Positions 11,211 through 21,452 are shown, counted from the stretch's first letter. The stretch is 64,000 nucleotides of DNA from Hadesarchaea archaeon (GCA_030619825.1 JAUXAS010000001.1:10141-74140); one strand, 5' to 3'. Notes: generated by a model from the letters alone, not told the origin. Program-made: numbers and translations.

Positions 11211-12467
11211 TTGCCTGAACTCAAACTCAAGCGCGGCGATGTGGTAATGCTCGAAGGGCAGCTCAGCCTCGAAGTAAGAGAAGGTGAGGTGTTGATAAGC
11301 GGCGGACTCCGTGGGAAGGGGAGCCGGACCGTCATACCTCGCGCGAAGTCGGTGCCCCTTGAAGCTGAAGGAGATGCACTCGTTGCATACACGCTTGGGC
11401 AGGACGGGAAGGTCGAGCAGCTATCGAAGCGGACTATTCCTCGCGAATGGGATGCGCTCATCTCGGAGGTCATCCAGCAAAGGCCCAAAAAAATATTAGT
11501 GATGGGAAGCGTCGATGTCGGCAAGAGCTTCTTCACAACCTACTTGGCAAACACCATGCTTAGGCATGGGCTTCGGCCGGGGGCGATTGATAGCGACGTG
11601 GGGCAATCTGATGTCGGCCCTCCGGCGACGATGGGGCTGGGAATCCTCGAGCAGCCCGTTGCCCAGCTCTACGAGGTCCCACTCTCGAGCGCTTACTTCG
11701 TGGGCTCGATGTCTCCCTCAGAGCACATGCTTGAGTTCGTCGTGGGGGTGAAGTGGTTGGTTGAACACGGTTTGAAGAAGGCGGACTCGGTAATCGTTAA
11801 CACCCCCGGCTGGATTTTCGGTGGCCCCGGTCGATCTCTTCAGCTTTATACCTTGGAGACGATTGACCCAGATATCGTGGTCGCTATCCAGCGCGAGGGG
11901 GAGCTCGAGCATCTGCTATCGAGCGTTCCTAGAGCGAGGGTAAGGCGGCTACCGGTTTCGAAGAAGGTCAGATCCCGCTCCTCCGGAGAGCGCGCGTCAC
12001 TGCGGGCGATGACGCTCGGGAAGTACTTTGAGGATGCTGGGAAGCTTGTCCTAAACTTGCGGAAGGTAAGACTCAAACGCTGCTACCTCCACACGGGCAG
12101 GCCCATCGATGTTGGAACGCTTGGGGTGAAGGCGCAAATAGTCCACGCGGAGCAGATGCCTGAGGGGATGTTAATTGTCATAAAAAGAAGGGTGGATAAG
12201 AGTGTAATTCAGGAGCTCGAGGCGAGATTCGGGCATGTGAGGACCATAATCCAAGGCAGCGAGCGAAACATGATGGTGGGATTGACGAACGATGCAAACG
12301 AGATGCTGGGCATAGGAATAATCGAGCGAATAGACTACGAACGAGGTCGGATGGTAGTGCTCACACCCGTCAAAAATGCGGACGAGGTCGCTGCCGTGCA
12401 GTTTGGCTCGATGCGGATAAAGCCGGACGGCGAAGAAATAGGCACCATAAGACAAGGCACATTCTGA
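11211..12467 (+). CDS. clp1: polynucleotide 5'-hydroxyl kinase Clp1/Grc3 family
   Basis: P-loop ILVMGSVDVGKSFFTTYLAN and Clp1-type GAIDSDVGQSDVGPP segment; TTG start. Confidence 0.7.
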   Translation: MPELKLKRGDVVMLEGQLSLEVREGEVLISGGLRGKGSRTVIPRAKSVPLEAEGDALVAYTLGQDGKVEQLSKRTIPREWDALISEVIQQRPKKILVMGSVDVGKSFFTTYLANTMLRHGLRPGAIDSDVGQSDVGPPATMGLGILEQPVAQLYEVPLSSAYFVGSMSPSEHMLEFVVGVKWLVEHGLKKADSVIVNTPGWIFGGPGRSLQLYTLETIDPDIVVAIQREGELEHLLSSVPRARVRRLPVSKKVRSRSSGERASLRAMTLGKYFEDAGKLVLNLRKVRLKRCYLHTGRPIDVGTLGVKAQIVHAEQMPEGMLIVIKRRVDKSVIQELEARFGHVRTIIQGSERNMMVGLTNDANEMLGIGIIERIDYERGRMVVLTPVKNADEVAAVQFGSMRIKPDGEEIGTIRQGTF

Positions 12468-12476
12468 GGTTCCATC

Positions 12477-12710
12477 GTGAAAATGCAGGCAAATGTTGTC
12501 TGTGGTTATAAAAAGCGAGAGGCTGCTAAAGCGATTGCCGCAGCGCTCCAGCCGGATAACCTCCAGGCCCCAAAAGGGGTTCGGGTGAGGACGGGGGTGG
12601 ATGACGCGCGCGTAACTACCTTGGTGGAGTTGGATGGTAGAATTGAGACGCTTTTGGCGACGCTCGACGATTTGCTAGCGTGCACTTCTACCGCTGAGGA
12701 CGTCCTATAG
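12477..12710 (+). CDS. Pcc1-family protein (second paralogue; candidate Pcc2-type KEOPS subunit)
   Basis: 77 aa; alignable over its whole length to Pcc1 (…ANVVcgykkREaAKAIaaALqPD…RIETLLATLDDLLACTSTAED), but distinct from the canonical pcc1 at 27402. Confidence 0.5.
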   Translation: MKMQANVVCGYKKREAAKAIAAALQPDNLQAPKGVRVRTGVDDARVTTLVELDGRIETLLATLDDLLACTSTAEDVL

Positions 12711-14001
12711 TTGCTCTTTTCTGACCTATTTTTTCGATCCCCATGTATGGTACCAATGCGGGCGGAACTAGGATTGAGCCATCTCTCTGCTGATAGTTTT
12801 CTAGGACGGATATCAAAACCCGTTCAGTGGCCACTAGTGTGCTATTTATAGTGTGAACAAATTTTGAAGGTTCACCTGATTTGTCTCTATATCTTATGTT
12901 TGATCTGATGGCTTGGTATGAAGTGCAATTGCTGCATGATGCCGCCTCTCGATATTTTCCCTGACCTGGCAGCCAAGTTTCAAGGTCGTATTTTTTCGCC
13001 GCTACCGTCCCCAGGTCGCCGCTGCAGACGTTTACTATTCTGTAAGGCAACCCAAGTTTTTGGGATATCTCTTCAGCGTTGGTAATCAATTCCTCGTGCC
13101 CCTTCCACGAGTCCTCAGGTTTACAGAAGACGAATTGTTCGACTTTCTCAAACTGATGAACCCGAAATATCCCTTTTGTATCTCTGCCGTGTGTTCCGGC
13201 CTCCTTCCTAAAACAGGGGCTCACCCCGCTATATCTAAGCGGCAAGTTCTTTCCATCCAGTGTCTCATCCATGTGTAATGCAAGCAGCGCGTGCTCAGAA
13301 GTAGCGAGCATGTAGAGGTCTTCCCCCTCGATTTTGTAGATGGTATCCTCGAAATCAGATAGAGCGACTGCCCCCTCGAGTGGTTTCCTCTTTAGCATGT
13401 AAGGCGGCTGAAATAGGGCAAACTCTTTTCTTGCGATAAAATCGAGTGCAAATTTTATTATAGCATAGTTTAACTGAACAAGTTCTCCCTTTAGGTAATA
13501 GAACCTCGCGCCAGCCACCCTAGCAGCTCGCTCAAGGTCGACTAGATCGAGGTTCAATGCGAGATCGATGTGATCTTTTGGTTTGAAGTCAAATTTAGGT
13601 ATCTCGCCCCACCTTCTTATTTCAACGTTGTCGTTTTCGTCCTTGCCTACGGGTACTGACTCGTGCATTAGATTTGGCAGATTGAGGAGTATATTATTAA
13701 TTGTTTTCCTGTAGTCTTGCACTTTTTGTTCGAGACGTTTTATTTTTAACGGGATTTCTTTCGCTTCTTTGGTTTTCTCCGTTACATCTTTGTTCTCTTT
13801 TTTAAGCCTTGCTATTTCCGCGGTGATTTTATTGCGCATTTCCCTCAATTTGTTTGTTTCTAGTGTCAACTTTCTCCAATTTTTATCGTATTCCAGTAGA
13901 TCGTCGACCCACTTTACTTTAGCTAGATCTCCCCGCTTGATCAAATCTGCTTTTACGAGGGCCGGATTTTTGCGCACAAATTTAAGATCAATCATTGCCA
14001 A
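12688..14001 (-). CDS. serS: seryl-tRNA synthetase
   Basis: N-terminal coiled-coil arm, class II motifs (FRVHQFEKVEQF, GLPYRIVNVCSGDLG). Confidence 0.9.
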   Translation of the reverse strand: MAMIDLKFVRKNPALVKADLIKRGDLAKVKWVDDLLEYDKNWRKLTLETNKLREMRNKITAEIARLKKENKDVTEKTKEAKEIPLKIKRLEQKVQDYRKTINNILLNLPNLMHESVPVGKDENDNVEIRRWGEIPKFDFKPKDHIDLALNLDLVDLERAARVAGARFYYLKGELVQLNYAIIKFALDFIARKEFALFQPPYMLKRKPLEGAVALSDFEDTIYKIEGEDLYMLATSEHALLALHMDETLDGKNLPLRYSGVSPCFRKEAGTHGRDTKGIFRVHQFEKVEQFVFCKPEDSWKGHEELITNAEEISQKLGLPYRIVNVCSGDLGTVAAKKYDLETWLPGQGKYREAASCSNCTSYQAIRSNIRYRDKSGEPSKFVHTINSTLVATERVLISVLENYQQRDGSILVPPALVPYMGIEKIGQKRATIGRPQR

Positions 14002-14152
14002 ACCTCATTGAATAAATTTACTCCTAATCTAAAAATCTTTGCAACTTCCATTTTAGCAAAAATTCTACAATCTCTTTTTTTAAAACTAACTATTTAAGTT
14101 CGTTGAGAGAGAAGGGCACTGAAAATGGTTTATAATCAATAAAGGTTGGGTT

Positions 14153-14737
14153 ATGGAAGAGAAAAAGCGAGCTGTGAAGAGGTCTTGGCGGGAGAAGGGG
14201 TGGCACGACATCGTTGCCCCGCCCATGTTCGGCAGCGCCAAGATAGGTGAGACCCTCGCATCCGACCCGAGCCAGCTCCCCGGGCGGGTCTTCGAGACCA
14301 CGCTGGGCGACCTCATCGAGGACTTCTCAAAGGCTCACGTCAAGCTGTACTTTCAGGTAAAGGGCATCGAGGAGGGTCGCGCTCTCACCAGCTTCATAGG
14401 TCACGACATGGCCCGCGATTACATCCGGAGCCAGATTCGACGGCGGGCGACGCGCATCAGCGACATCTCGACCGTGACAACCCAGGACGGCTACAGGCTT
14501 CGGGTCAGCTCAATCGTCACAACGCTCCGCCGTGTCCAGAGCTCGCAGCTCGAGGCGATCCGCAGGGACATGCGGAAGGTGATCAAGGCCCGCGCCAGAG
14601 AGCGGACGTTCGACCAGTTCGTGCAGGAGGTCGTACTGGGGAAGCTCTCGGCGGACATCTACAAGGCGGCCAAGCATTACTGCCCGGTGAAGCGGGTCGA
14701 GGTCTGGAAGACGAAGGTGCTGGCTGGGCCCACGTAG
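14153..14737 (+). CDS. rps3ae: ribosomal protein S3Ae (eS1)
   Basis: KGWHDIVAPPMFG... conserved S3Ae N-terminus, ~195 aa. Confidence 0.85.
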   Translation: MEEKKRAVKRSWREKGWHDIVAPPMFGSAKIGETLASDPSQLPGRVFETTLGDLIEDFSKAHVKLYFQVKGIEEGRALTSFIGHDMARDYIRSQIRRRATRISDISTVTTQDGYRLRVSSIVTTLRRVQSSQLEAIRRDMRKVIKARARERTFDQFVQEVVLGKLSADIYKAAKHYCPVKRVEVWKTKVLAGPT

Positions 14738-16102
14738 TTGGCGATTTTAATGGGCAAGCTCTTCGGTACCTCGGGCGTTCGAGGCGTAGTGGGTGACCAG
14801 CTCACCCCGGAGCTCGCGCTCGACCTCGGCTTGGCGCTTGCGACCCACCTGGGCGGCGAGGGCAGCGTCGTTCTAGGCAAGGATCCCCGCACCTCAAGCG
14901 ACATGCTCGAGAGCTGCCTGACTTCGGGCCTGCTTTCGGGGGGCTGCGATGTCAAGCGCCTCGGCATCGTCCCCACGCCAGCCGTAAGTTTCGCGGTTCG
15001 TCGCCTCAATGCAAAAGCGGGTGTTATGATCACAGCGTCGCACAACCCGCCCGAGTACAACGGGATCAAGTTCTGGGGCTCCGACGGGATCGCGTACACG
15101 CCCAAGCAGGAAGGGGCGATCGAGCGAATTTACTTCGGCAAGCGGATGAAGCCCGCCGCTTGGGATAAAATAGGCAAGGTCGGGGTGGTCGATGTCCTGC
15201 CGAGCTACATCGACGAGCTCGCAGGTGTCGTCAAGCTGAAGCGGGGTTACAAGGTCGTGGTCGACTGCGGCAATGGGGCAGGTTCCTTGGTAACGCCCTA
15301 CTTGCTCCGAAAACTGGGTTGCGAGGTGGTGACCCTGAACTCGCAGCTCGATGGGTTCTTCCCCGGCCGCGGTCTCGAGCCCTCACCCGAGAACTTGGGG
15401 GAGCTCTGTAACGTAGTCAAATCTATTGGGGCTGACATCGGCCTTGCACACGATGGCGATGCTGATCGGATAGCCGCGGTCGATGGGAAGGGCAGGGTAG
15501 CGGAGCCCGACAAGCTATTGGCGCTGATATCGGCGCACCAGGTGAGGAAAAAAGGCGATATCGTGGTGACCACCGTCGATGCTTCAGGTACCGTCGACGA
15601 GTGCGTTGGTGTGAAAAAAGGCAATGTGATTCGAACGAAGGTTGGTGATGTCAGCGTGGCGGCGGAGATTAGAAAGCGGGGCGCGATTTTCGGTGGGGAG
15701 CCATGCGGCGCGTGGATATTTCCGGAAGTCCATCTTGTGCCGGATGGACCGCTCGCTGCAACCAAAATCCTAGAATTGCTTGACTTGACGGGAAGACGAC
15801 TTTTTGAGCTACTCGATGAACTCCCTGAGCACCAAACTGTGAGGAAAAAAATAGCATGTCCAAATGAGAAAAAAGCGGCAACGATGAAAAAATTCAAGGA
15901 GAGGTTGAGAAGGGAGTTCAAAGGGATTAGCGATGTACTGACAATCGATGGCATCAGATTTTCTTTTAGAGATGGCAGCTGGGCCCTCGTCAGACCATCG
16001 GGGACGGAGCCATACATCCGGGTAACCGCTGGAGGAGAAAGGGAAAAAAGTGTGGAAAAAGTTGCTGGAAAAGCCACTAGGATTTTGAAATCTTTAGTCT
16101 AA
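14738..16102 (+). CDS. glmM: phosphoglucosamine mutase / phosphohexomutase (GlmM family)
   Basis: GTSGVRG, active-site TASHNPPEYNGIKF, metal-binding DGDADR. Confidence 0.8.
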   Translation: MAILMGKLFGTSGVRGVVGDQLTPELALDLGLALATHLGGEGSVVLGKDPRTSSDMLESCLTSGLLSGGCDVKRLGIVPTPAVSFAVRRLNAKAGVMITASHNPPEYNGIKFWGSDGIAYTPKQEGAIERIYFGKRMKPAAWDKIGKVGVVDVLPSYIDELAGVVKLKRGYKVVVDCGNGAGSLVTPYLLRKLGCEVVTLNSQLDGFFPGRGLEPSPENLGELCNVVKSIGADIGLAHDGDADRIAAVDGKGRVAEPDKLLALISAHQVRKKGDIVVTTVDASGTVDECVGVKKGNVIRTKVGDVSVAAEIRKRGAIFGGEPCGAWIFPEVHLVPDGPLAATKILELLDLTGRRLFELLDELPEHQTVRKKIACPNEKKAATMKKFKERLRREFKGISDVLTIDGIRFSFRDGSWALVRPSGTEPYIRVTAGGEREKSVEKVAGKATRILKSLV

Positions 16103-16199
16103 GGAACCTTTTTTACGGCATTTTTCGCGGGAATCTGATATATACGCACTCACTCCTGCAGTTTTTATTAGGCTAGCTCCCAACTTTAATTGGGATTAC

Positions 16200-17483
16200 A
16201 TGAAGGCGGTTATCCTAGCTGCCGGACTAGGAACGCGAATGCGCCCGTTAACTTTCACGAAGCCGAAATTCCTGCTCCCGGTAGCTGGAAAGCCTGCCCT
16301 CGATCACGTGCTCCTCCTCCTGAGAAATGTGGGCATCGACGAAATTGCGATGGTCGTGGGGTACGGGAGGGAGCAGATCGTCGAACGCTACGGCGATGGT
16401 TCTAGGCTCGGCGTAAAGCTTCGATATCTCTATCAAAAGAAGTTGCTGGGCACCGCGAATGCCGTCTCGCTTGCCGAGGACTTCGTCGGTGGGGATAGAT
16501 TCCTCGTGATGAACGGCGACACCCTCGTCGATCAGGAGTCTTTGAATACGCTCCTGAAGCGCTACGAGGAGGTTGGCTCGAGCAAGAATTTCGGCGGCAT
16601 CATGGTCACGATTGAGGTCGAGGAGCCAGAGCAGTTCGGGATAGTTTTTCTGAAGGGAAGAAAGGTCAGCGAGATAGTCGAGAAGCCGAAGCGGATCAAG
16701 AGCAGGTTAGCGAATGCGGGCATATACATCTTCGACCCCACGATTTTTGAGGCGATCAAGCGAACGAAGAAATCTAAGCGGGGGGAGTACGAGCTGACCA
16801 CGTCGATGAAAATTTTTATCAACAGCGGCAAGGCGATTTACACCTCACCGCTCAATTTATGGGCTGATATCGGCAGGCCCTGGGACCTGTTGGTGGCCAA
16901 CGAGTATTTCTCGCGGGGGCAGCGCGGCGAGGTCCACGGCAAGGTCGAGGTAGGCGCTTATATCGAGGATAACGTTTACGTTGGTGAGGGCTCGCGCATT
17001 CGCTCGGGCTCCTACATCTTAGGACCAACCTACATCGGCAAGGATTGCGACATCGGGCCAAATTGCTTCATTAGGCCGTGTACGAGTATAGGCGACGATG
17101 TCAGGATAGGCAACGCGGTGGAGGTGAAGAACAGCATCATTATGGATCATACAAACATCGGGCACCTCTCTTACGTGGGTGACAGCGTCATAGGCAGTAA
17201 CTGTAACCTCGGGGCGGGGACGACCATCGCGAACCTGCGCTTAGACGAGAAGCCCATCAAGATGGAGGTTGGTGGCAGGGTAATTAGCAGCGGCAGGCGA
17301 AAGTTGGGCACAATAATCGCCGACAACGTCAGGACCGGCATCAACTGCACGATAAACGTCGGCGTGAAGATCGGTCCGGATTCAGCGGTCGGACCCGGGG
17401 CGGTCGTTTACAAGGACGTTTTACCCAACACGATGGTATTCGTGAAGCCCGTCATGGTGAAAAGAGAGTGGAAACCTGAGTAG
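16200..17483 (+). CDS. glmU: bifunctional sugar-1-phosphate nucleotidyltransferase / acetyltransferase (GlmU-like, left-handed beta-helix)
   Basis: N-terminal ILAAGLGTRMRPLT nucleotidyltransferase motif; C-terminal hexapeptide repeats; adjacent to glmM, so likely UDP-GlcNAc synthesis. Confidence 0.8.
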   Translation: MKAVILAAGLGTRMRPLTFTKPKFLLPVAGKPALDHVLLLLRNVGIDEIAMVVGYGREQIVERYGDGSRLGVKLRYLYQKKLLGTANAVSLAEDFVGGDRFLVMNGDTLVDQESLNTLLKRYEEVGSSKNFGGIMVTIEVEEPEQFGIVFLKGRKVSEIVEKPKRIKSRLANAGIYIFDPTIFEAIKRTKKSKRGEYELTTSMKIFINSGKAIYTSPLNLWADIGRPWDLLVANEYFSRGQRGEVHGKVEVGAYIEDNVYVGEGSRIRSGSYILGPTYIGKDCDIGPNCFIRPCTSIGDDVRIGNAVEVKNSIIMDHTNIGHLSYVGDSVIGSNCNLGAGTTIANLRLDEKPIKMEVGGRVISSGRRKLGTIIADNVRTGINCTINVGVKIGPDSAVGPGAVVYKDVLPNTMVFVKPVMVKREWKPE

Positions 17484-17491
17484 GTCTTGAC

Positions 17492-17833
17492 ATGAGCAAG
17501 CACACCCGCAAAGAACTTCGGAGGCACTACCCAAACCTAGCTGAAGAATGGGGCGGGGTAGGGACGGTCAGAATAGACGCTGTGCGGACGAGCCTCAAGG
17601 AGGCGGAGAAGGTAGTGCACAGCGTGCAGGGTTACAAGCCCACCATTATCGACTTCATCCGACGTTGCGAGAACGACAACCAAGCGCTGGGAATAATTAA
17701 TTTTCTAGAGGGGCGGGGAGAGATCGAGTCAGGCTATGCTCGGAGGTTGTGCATCCAATTAGCTGAGCGGGGGCTCGGGAGCTTCGGCAAACGAAGGAAG
17801 CCCGGCTGCTATGGGTGCGGCGAGACGGGTTAA
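17492..17833 (+). CDS. conserved hypothetical protein
   Basis: 113-aa ORF; C-terminal CYGCG; no assignable family from sequence alone. Confidence 0.35.
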   Translation: MSKHTRKELRRHYPNLAEEWGGVGTVRIDAVRTSLKEAEKVVHSVQGYKPTIIDFIRRCENDNQALGIINFLEGRGEIESGYARRLCIQLAERGLGSFGKRRKPGCYGCGETG

Positions 17834-17835
17834 GG

Positions 17836-19038
17836 ATGCTTGAGTTAGGACTCGTCGGCAAGCCCAATACCGGCAAGACCACTTTTTTCAACGCGGCAAC
17901 GTTAGCGAACGCCCCCGTTGCAGGCTACCCTTTCACCACCATCGACGCGAACGTGGGGGTCACCTACGTGCGAAGCCCGTGCCCCTGCCGTGAGCTCGAG
18001 GTGACGTGCAACCCTCAAAACTCGAAGTGCGTTGGCGGGGTCAGATATGTGCCTATCCGGATGATCGATGTCGCGGGTTTAGTCGAGGGAGCCCACATGG
18101 GGCGGGGCTTGGGCAACCGCTTCCTAGACAACCTTCGGATGGCGGGCGCGCTCGTCCACATCATCGATGCAGCTGGGTCAACCGATGCGGAGGGCAAACC
18201 CTGCCAGCCCGGCACCCACGACCCGGTTCAAGACATAGATTTCCTCGAGGTCGAAATCGCGGCGTGGTTGCGGGGCCTGCTCGTGAAGGACTGGCCAAAG
18301 TTCGCGCGAAGGGCGAAGTACGAGGAGCTCGACTTGGTCAAGGAGATAGCCGTGCGCTTGAGCGGGCTGGGCATAAAGGAAAATCACGTTGCCCAAGCTT
18401 TCCGGGAGGCTGGGGTCGATCGCTCGGATCCAGAGAGATGGTCAGACGACGACTTGCTCCGCTTCGTGGCAGAGGTTCGAAAGGCAAGTAAGCCCATCAT
18501 GATCGCCGCGAACAAAGCCGACGTGCCGGCGGCCGAGCCGAACATCGAGCGTTTGCGCCAGCGGGGGTACCTCGTGGTTCCGACCTGCTCCGAGGCCGAG
18601 CTCATCCTTCGGCGCGCGAGCGAGAAGGGACTCGTGCAGTACGAGCCAAGCAGCAGTGGTTTCGAGATCCTCAAGCCGGAATCTTTGAACGAGCAGCAGC
18701 GCAAGGCGCTCGAGATGATCCACGTGCTGTTAGAGAAGTGGGGTTCGACGGGTATCCAGCAGGTGGTGGATAAGGTGATTTATGAGCTTCTGAATCTGAT
18801 CGTAGTTTACCCCGTTGATGATGAACACAAGCTTACGGACAAGAAGGGCAACGTGCTCCCCGACGCCTACCTCGTCCCCAAAGGCGCGACCGCTCGCGAG
18901 TTCGCGTACGTCATTCACACTGACCTCGGTGAGTCTTTCATCCATGCGATAGACGCGCGGACGAAGCGGAGGCTTGGTGAGGATTACGCGCTCAAGGGAG
19001 GAGATGTGATCAGGATAGTCGCGGCGAAAGGAAGGTGA
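17836..19038 (+). CDS. Obg/YchF-family GTPase with C-terminal TGS domain (YGR210-like)
   Basis: G1 GKPNTGKTT, G3 DVAGLV, NKAD G4 motif; C-terminal TGS-like segment; ATG at 17836 preferred over the annotated 17815. Confidence 0.75.
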   Translation: MLELGLVGKPNTGKTTFFNAATLANAPVAGYPFTTIDANVGVTYVRSPCPCRELEVTCNPQNSKCVGGVRYVPIRMIDVAGLVEGAHMGRGLGNRFLDNLRMAGALVHIIDAAGSTDAEGKPCQPGTHDPVQDIDFLEVEIAAWLRGLLVKDWPKFARRAKYEELDLVKEIAVRLSGLGIKENHVAQAFREAGVDRSDPERWSDDDLLRFVAEVRKASKPIMIAANKADVPAAEPNIERLRQRGYLVVPTCSEAELILRRASEKGLVQYEPSSSGFEILKPESLNEQQRKALEMIHVLLEKWGSTGIQQVVDKVIYELLNLIVVYPVDDEHKLTDKKGNVLPDAYLVPKGATAREFAYVIHTDLGESFIHAIDARTKRRLGEDYALKGGDVIRIVAAKGR

Positions 19039-19042
19039 ACGG

Positions 19043-20470
19043 TTGAAAATTGTCCTCATAAATCCGAATACCGGGCGAGCGGAGCGGATAGAGAACGAGG
19101 CGGCTTGGCCCCCTCTTGGATTGCTTTACATCGGGGCCGTGTTGCAAAATGCGGGGCACGAGATCAAAGTTATCGATAACGCGAGGGTTCAGCTACCGGT
19201 CGAGAAAGTCGTCGAAAGGGTGAAGCGAGAGGACCCAGAGGTAGTGGGGATAAGCGCCCTAACTCCAACTTTCAAGCAGGGTGTAAAAATCGCGAGCGCC
19301 ATCAAGACCGAGACCCCCGACGTGAAAATTGTTTTCGGAAATTATCACGCCACCTTCACCTACGAAAGGCTGCTGACGAAGTACCCAATCGTCGACTACG
19401 TCGTACTAGGCGAAGCTGAATATACTGTCCTAGAACTCGTCGACGTGTTGGGAAAGAACGGGGAGACAAAAAAGGTGAAAGGGATAGCTTTCAGGCATGA
19501 TGGCGGGGTCGTCAAAACGCTGCCGAGGCCGTTCATCCAAAATCTCGACGAACTCCCCTTTCCCGATCGAACGCTGTTGGAGCAGGCGTATCATTCTGAG
19601 TTAGTGGGAATACTCGGGAGCAGCGGAAAGTTCACCACAGTGCTGACCTCACGGGGCTGCCCCTACAACTGCAGGTACTGCGCTTGCTCGGCCTTCTCGC
19701 AGCGAAAGGTCAGGTTCAGGTCCCCTGAGGCTGTTGTCGCTGAGATGGAGCAGCTGCAGGGGGAGGGTTACGAGGAAGTTGGATTTGTCGACGATGACCT
19801 GCTCTTGGACCGGCACAGGATGGAAAAAATTTGTGACCTGCTGAGGAAGAAGGGAATCAAACTCAACCTCTGGGCGGAGGGGCGGGTCGATCAGGCATCG
19901 CGCGAGGTGTTGCGCAAGTTCGCACGCGTTGGTTGCAAGACAATTTATTTTGGGGTGGAGAGTGGTAGCCAGAAGGTTCTAGATTACTACGGGAAAAATA
20001 TTTCACCGGAACTCAGCCGAAAGGCCATGCTCAACTCCAAGGAGGCGGGCATCGGGAACGTTATAGGCTCCTTCATTGTTGGCGCGCCTATCGAAACCAG
20101 GGAAGACATCAGGCGGACCTTCGATTTCGCCTTAAACCTGAAGGGTATGGACTTCCCACAGATGAACGTCCTCATGATCTCACCCGGAATGGACCTATGG
20201 GACACGGCGGCGCGCGAGGGCCATCTTGACGAAGAAAAATGTTGGGATGAGGCGTTCGCGGCAGTCAGCGTTTACCCGTCCTACCTAAAAGAGGAAGAGC
20301 TCGGCAGGATGATTGACCGCTTTTACGCGGAGTTCATCAAGCGCCCGACGTTTTTGGCCCTGCAGCTGTTAAAGACGATGTGCAGCAAGTACCGCTTAAA
20401 GATCATCTTGGCGAACCTCAGGGCTAGGACGAGCTTTAGGGCGACCTTTCGACAGCTCACGGGTGGATGA
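19043..20470 (+). CDS. B12-binding domain radical SAM protein (class B)
   Basis: N-terminal cobalamin-binding fold, then CPYNCRYC radical-SAM cluster motif; TTG start 5 nt after the GTPase stop. Confidence 0.75.
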   Translation: MKIVLINPNTGRAERIENEAAWPPLGLLYIGAVLQNAGHEIKVIDNARVQLPVEKVVERVKREDPEVVGISALTPTFKQGVKIASAIKTETPDVKIVFGNYHATFTYERLLTKYPIVDYVVLGEAEYTVLELVDVLGKNGETKKVKGIAFRHDGGVVKTLPRPFIQNLDELPFPDRTLLEQAYHSELVGILGSSGKFTTVLTSRGCPYNCRYCACSAFSQRKVRFRSPEAVVAEMEQLQGEGYEEVGFVDDDLLLDRHRMEKICDLLRKKGIKLNLWAEGRVDQASREVLRKFARVGCKTIYFGVESGSQKVLDYYGKNISPELSRKAMLNSKEAGIGNVIGSFIVGAPIETREDIRRTFDFALNLKGMDFPQMNVLMISPGMDLWDTAAREGHLDEEKCWDEAFAAVSVYPSYLKEEELGRMIDRFYAEFIKRPTFLALQLLKTMCSKYRLKIILANLRARTSFRATFRQLTGG

Positions 20471-20516
20471 AGCAACCCGCGCAGATATAAGATAGTTTCG
20501 CCTAGTTTCTTCAAAC

Positions 20517-21443
20517 GTGTGGGGAATTAACTTGGTAAAAATTTTGGCCGCGGATCCCATTCACGAGGACGGCGTCAAGGCGTTGCGAGAGTTCGCGGAA
20601 GTCGAGGTGGCCACAGGCCTAACGCCAGCCAAGCTGCGTGAGAGGCTTAACAGGTGCGAGGTGTTGGTGGTGCGAAGTGCGACGAAGGTCACCAAGGAGG
20701 TAATTGACGCTGGCGAGCAACTCAAGGTAATTGCTCGAGCCGGGGTGGGGCTTGATAACATAGACGTCAAAGCAGCCGAGGCGCGAGGGATCAAAGTGCT
20801 CAACGCCCCCGAGGCCCCGACCGTCGCAGTGGCGGAACTTGTGCTCGCGCACATGCTGGCTTGGGCTAGGCATTTGCCCCGCGCGGATTCGGGCACAAAG
20901 GCGGGCAAGTGGGAGAAGGCGCAGCTCATGGGTAGCGAGCTTCGTGGAAAGACCCTCGGCATCATCGGCACTGGACGCATAGGTCGAGATGTTGGTTATA
21001 AGGCGAAGGCATTCTCGATGAACTTGCTTGCTTATGATATTAGGCGGAGCCCCGAATTTGTCGAGCAAACTGGCGCAAAATACGTTGACCTAGACATGCT
21101 GTTCAGAGAATCCGATTTCGTGACGCTGCACTTGGCGTTGGTACCAGAGACCAAACACATGGTGAGTAAGCGAGAGCTCGAGCTGATGAAATCGACAGCG
21201 GTATTAATCAACACTTCGCGCGGCGGGGTCGTTGATGATGGGGCGCTTGCCGAAGCGCTGCGGACGGGGAAAATCGCCGGGGCCTGCTTGGACGTTTACG
21301 AGCGGGAGCCGCCCCGCGACAGCCCACTGCTTAAGCTGCCGAACGTCGTGCTCACGCCGCACCTCGGGGCTTCGACGCGCGAGGCGCAGCGAGACGCGGC
21401 GATAATCATAGCCCAAAAAATAAAAGAAGCGCTCGTCACGTAA
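20517..21443 (+). CDS. serA: D-isomer-specific 2-hydroxyacid dehydrogenase (phosphoglycerate dehydrogenase-like)
   Basis: NAD-binding GIIGTGRIGRDVG, catalytic R/E/H (…SRGGVVDD…, TPHLGAST). Confidence 0.75.
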   Translation: MWGINLVKILAADPIHEDGVKALREFAEVEVATGLTPAKLRERLNRCEVLVVRSATKVTKEVIDAGEQLKVIARAGVGLDNIDVKAAEARGIKVLNAPEAPTVAVAELVLAHMLAWARHLPRADSGTKAGKWEKAQLMGSELRGKTLGIIGTGRIGRDVGYKAKAFSMNLLAYDIRRSPEFVEQTGAKYVDLDMLFRESDFVTLHLALVPETKHMVSKRELELMKSTAVLINTSRGGVVDDGALAEALRTGKIAGACLDVYEREPPRDSPLLKLPNVVLTPHLGASTREAQRDAAIIIAQKIKEALVT

Positions 21444-21452
21444 GGTGTTCTG

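Noticed and set aside
10949-11536. 195-aa minus-strand ORF antisense to clp1
   Set aside because: Ser/Thr/Pro-rich low-complexity translation, fully overlapping a well-supported gene; a GC-rich antisense artefact.
15298-16077. 259-aa minus-strand ORF antisense to glmM
   Set aside because: Same reason: Ser/Pro-rich composition, no motifs, complete overlap with a conserved gene.
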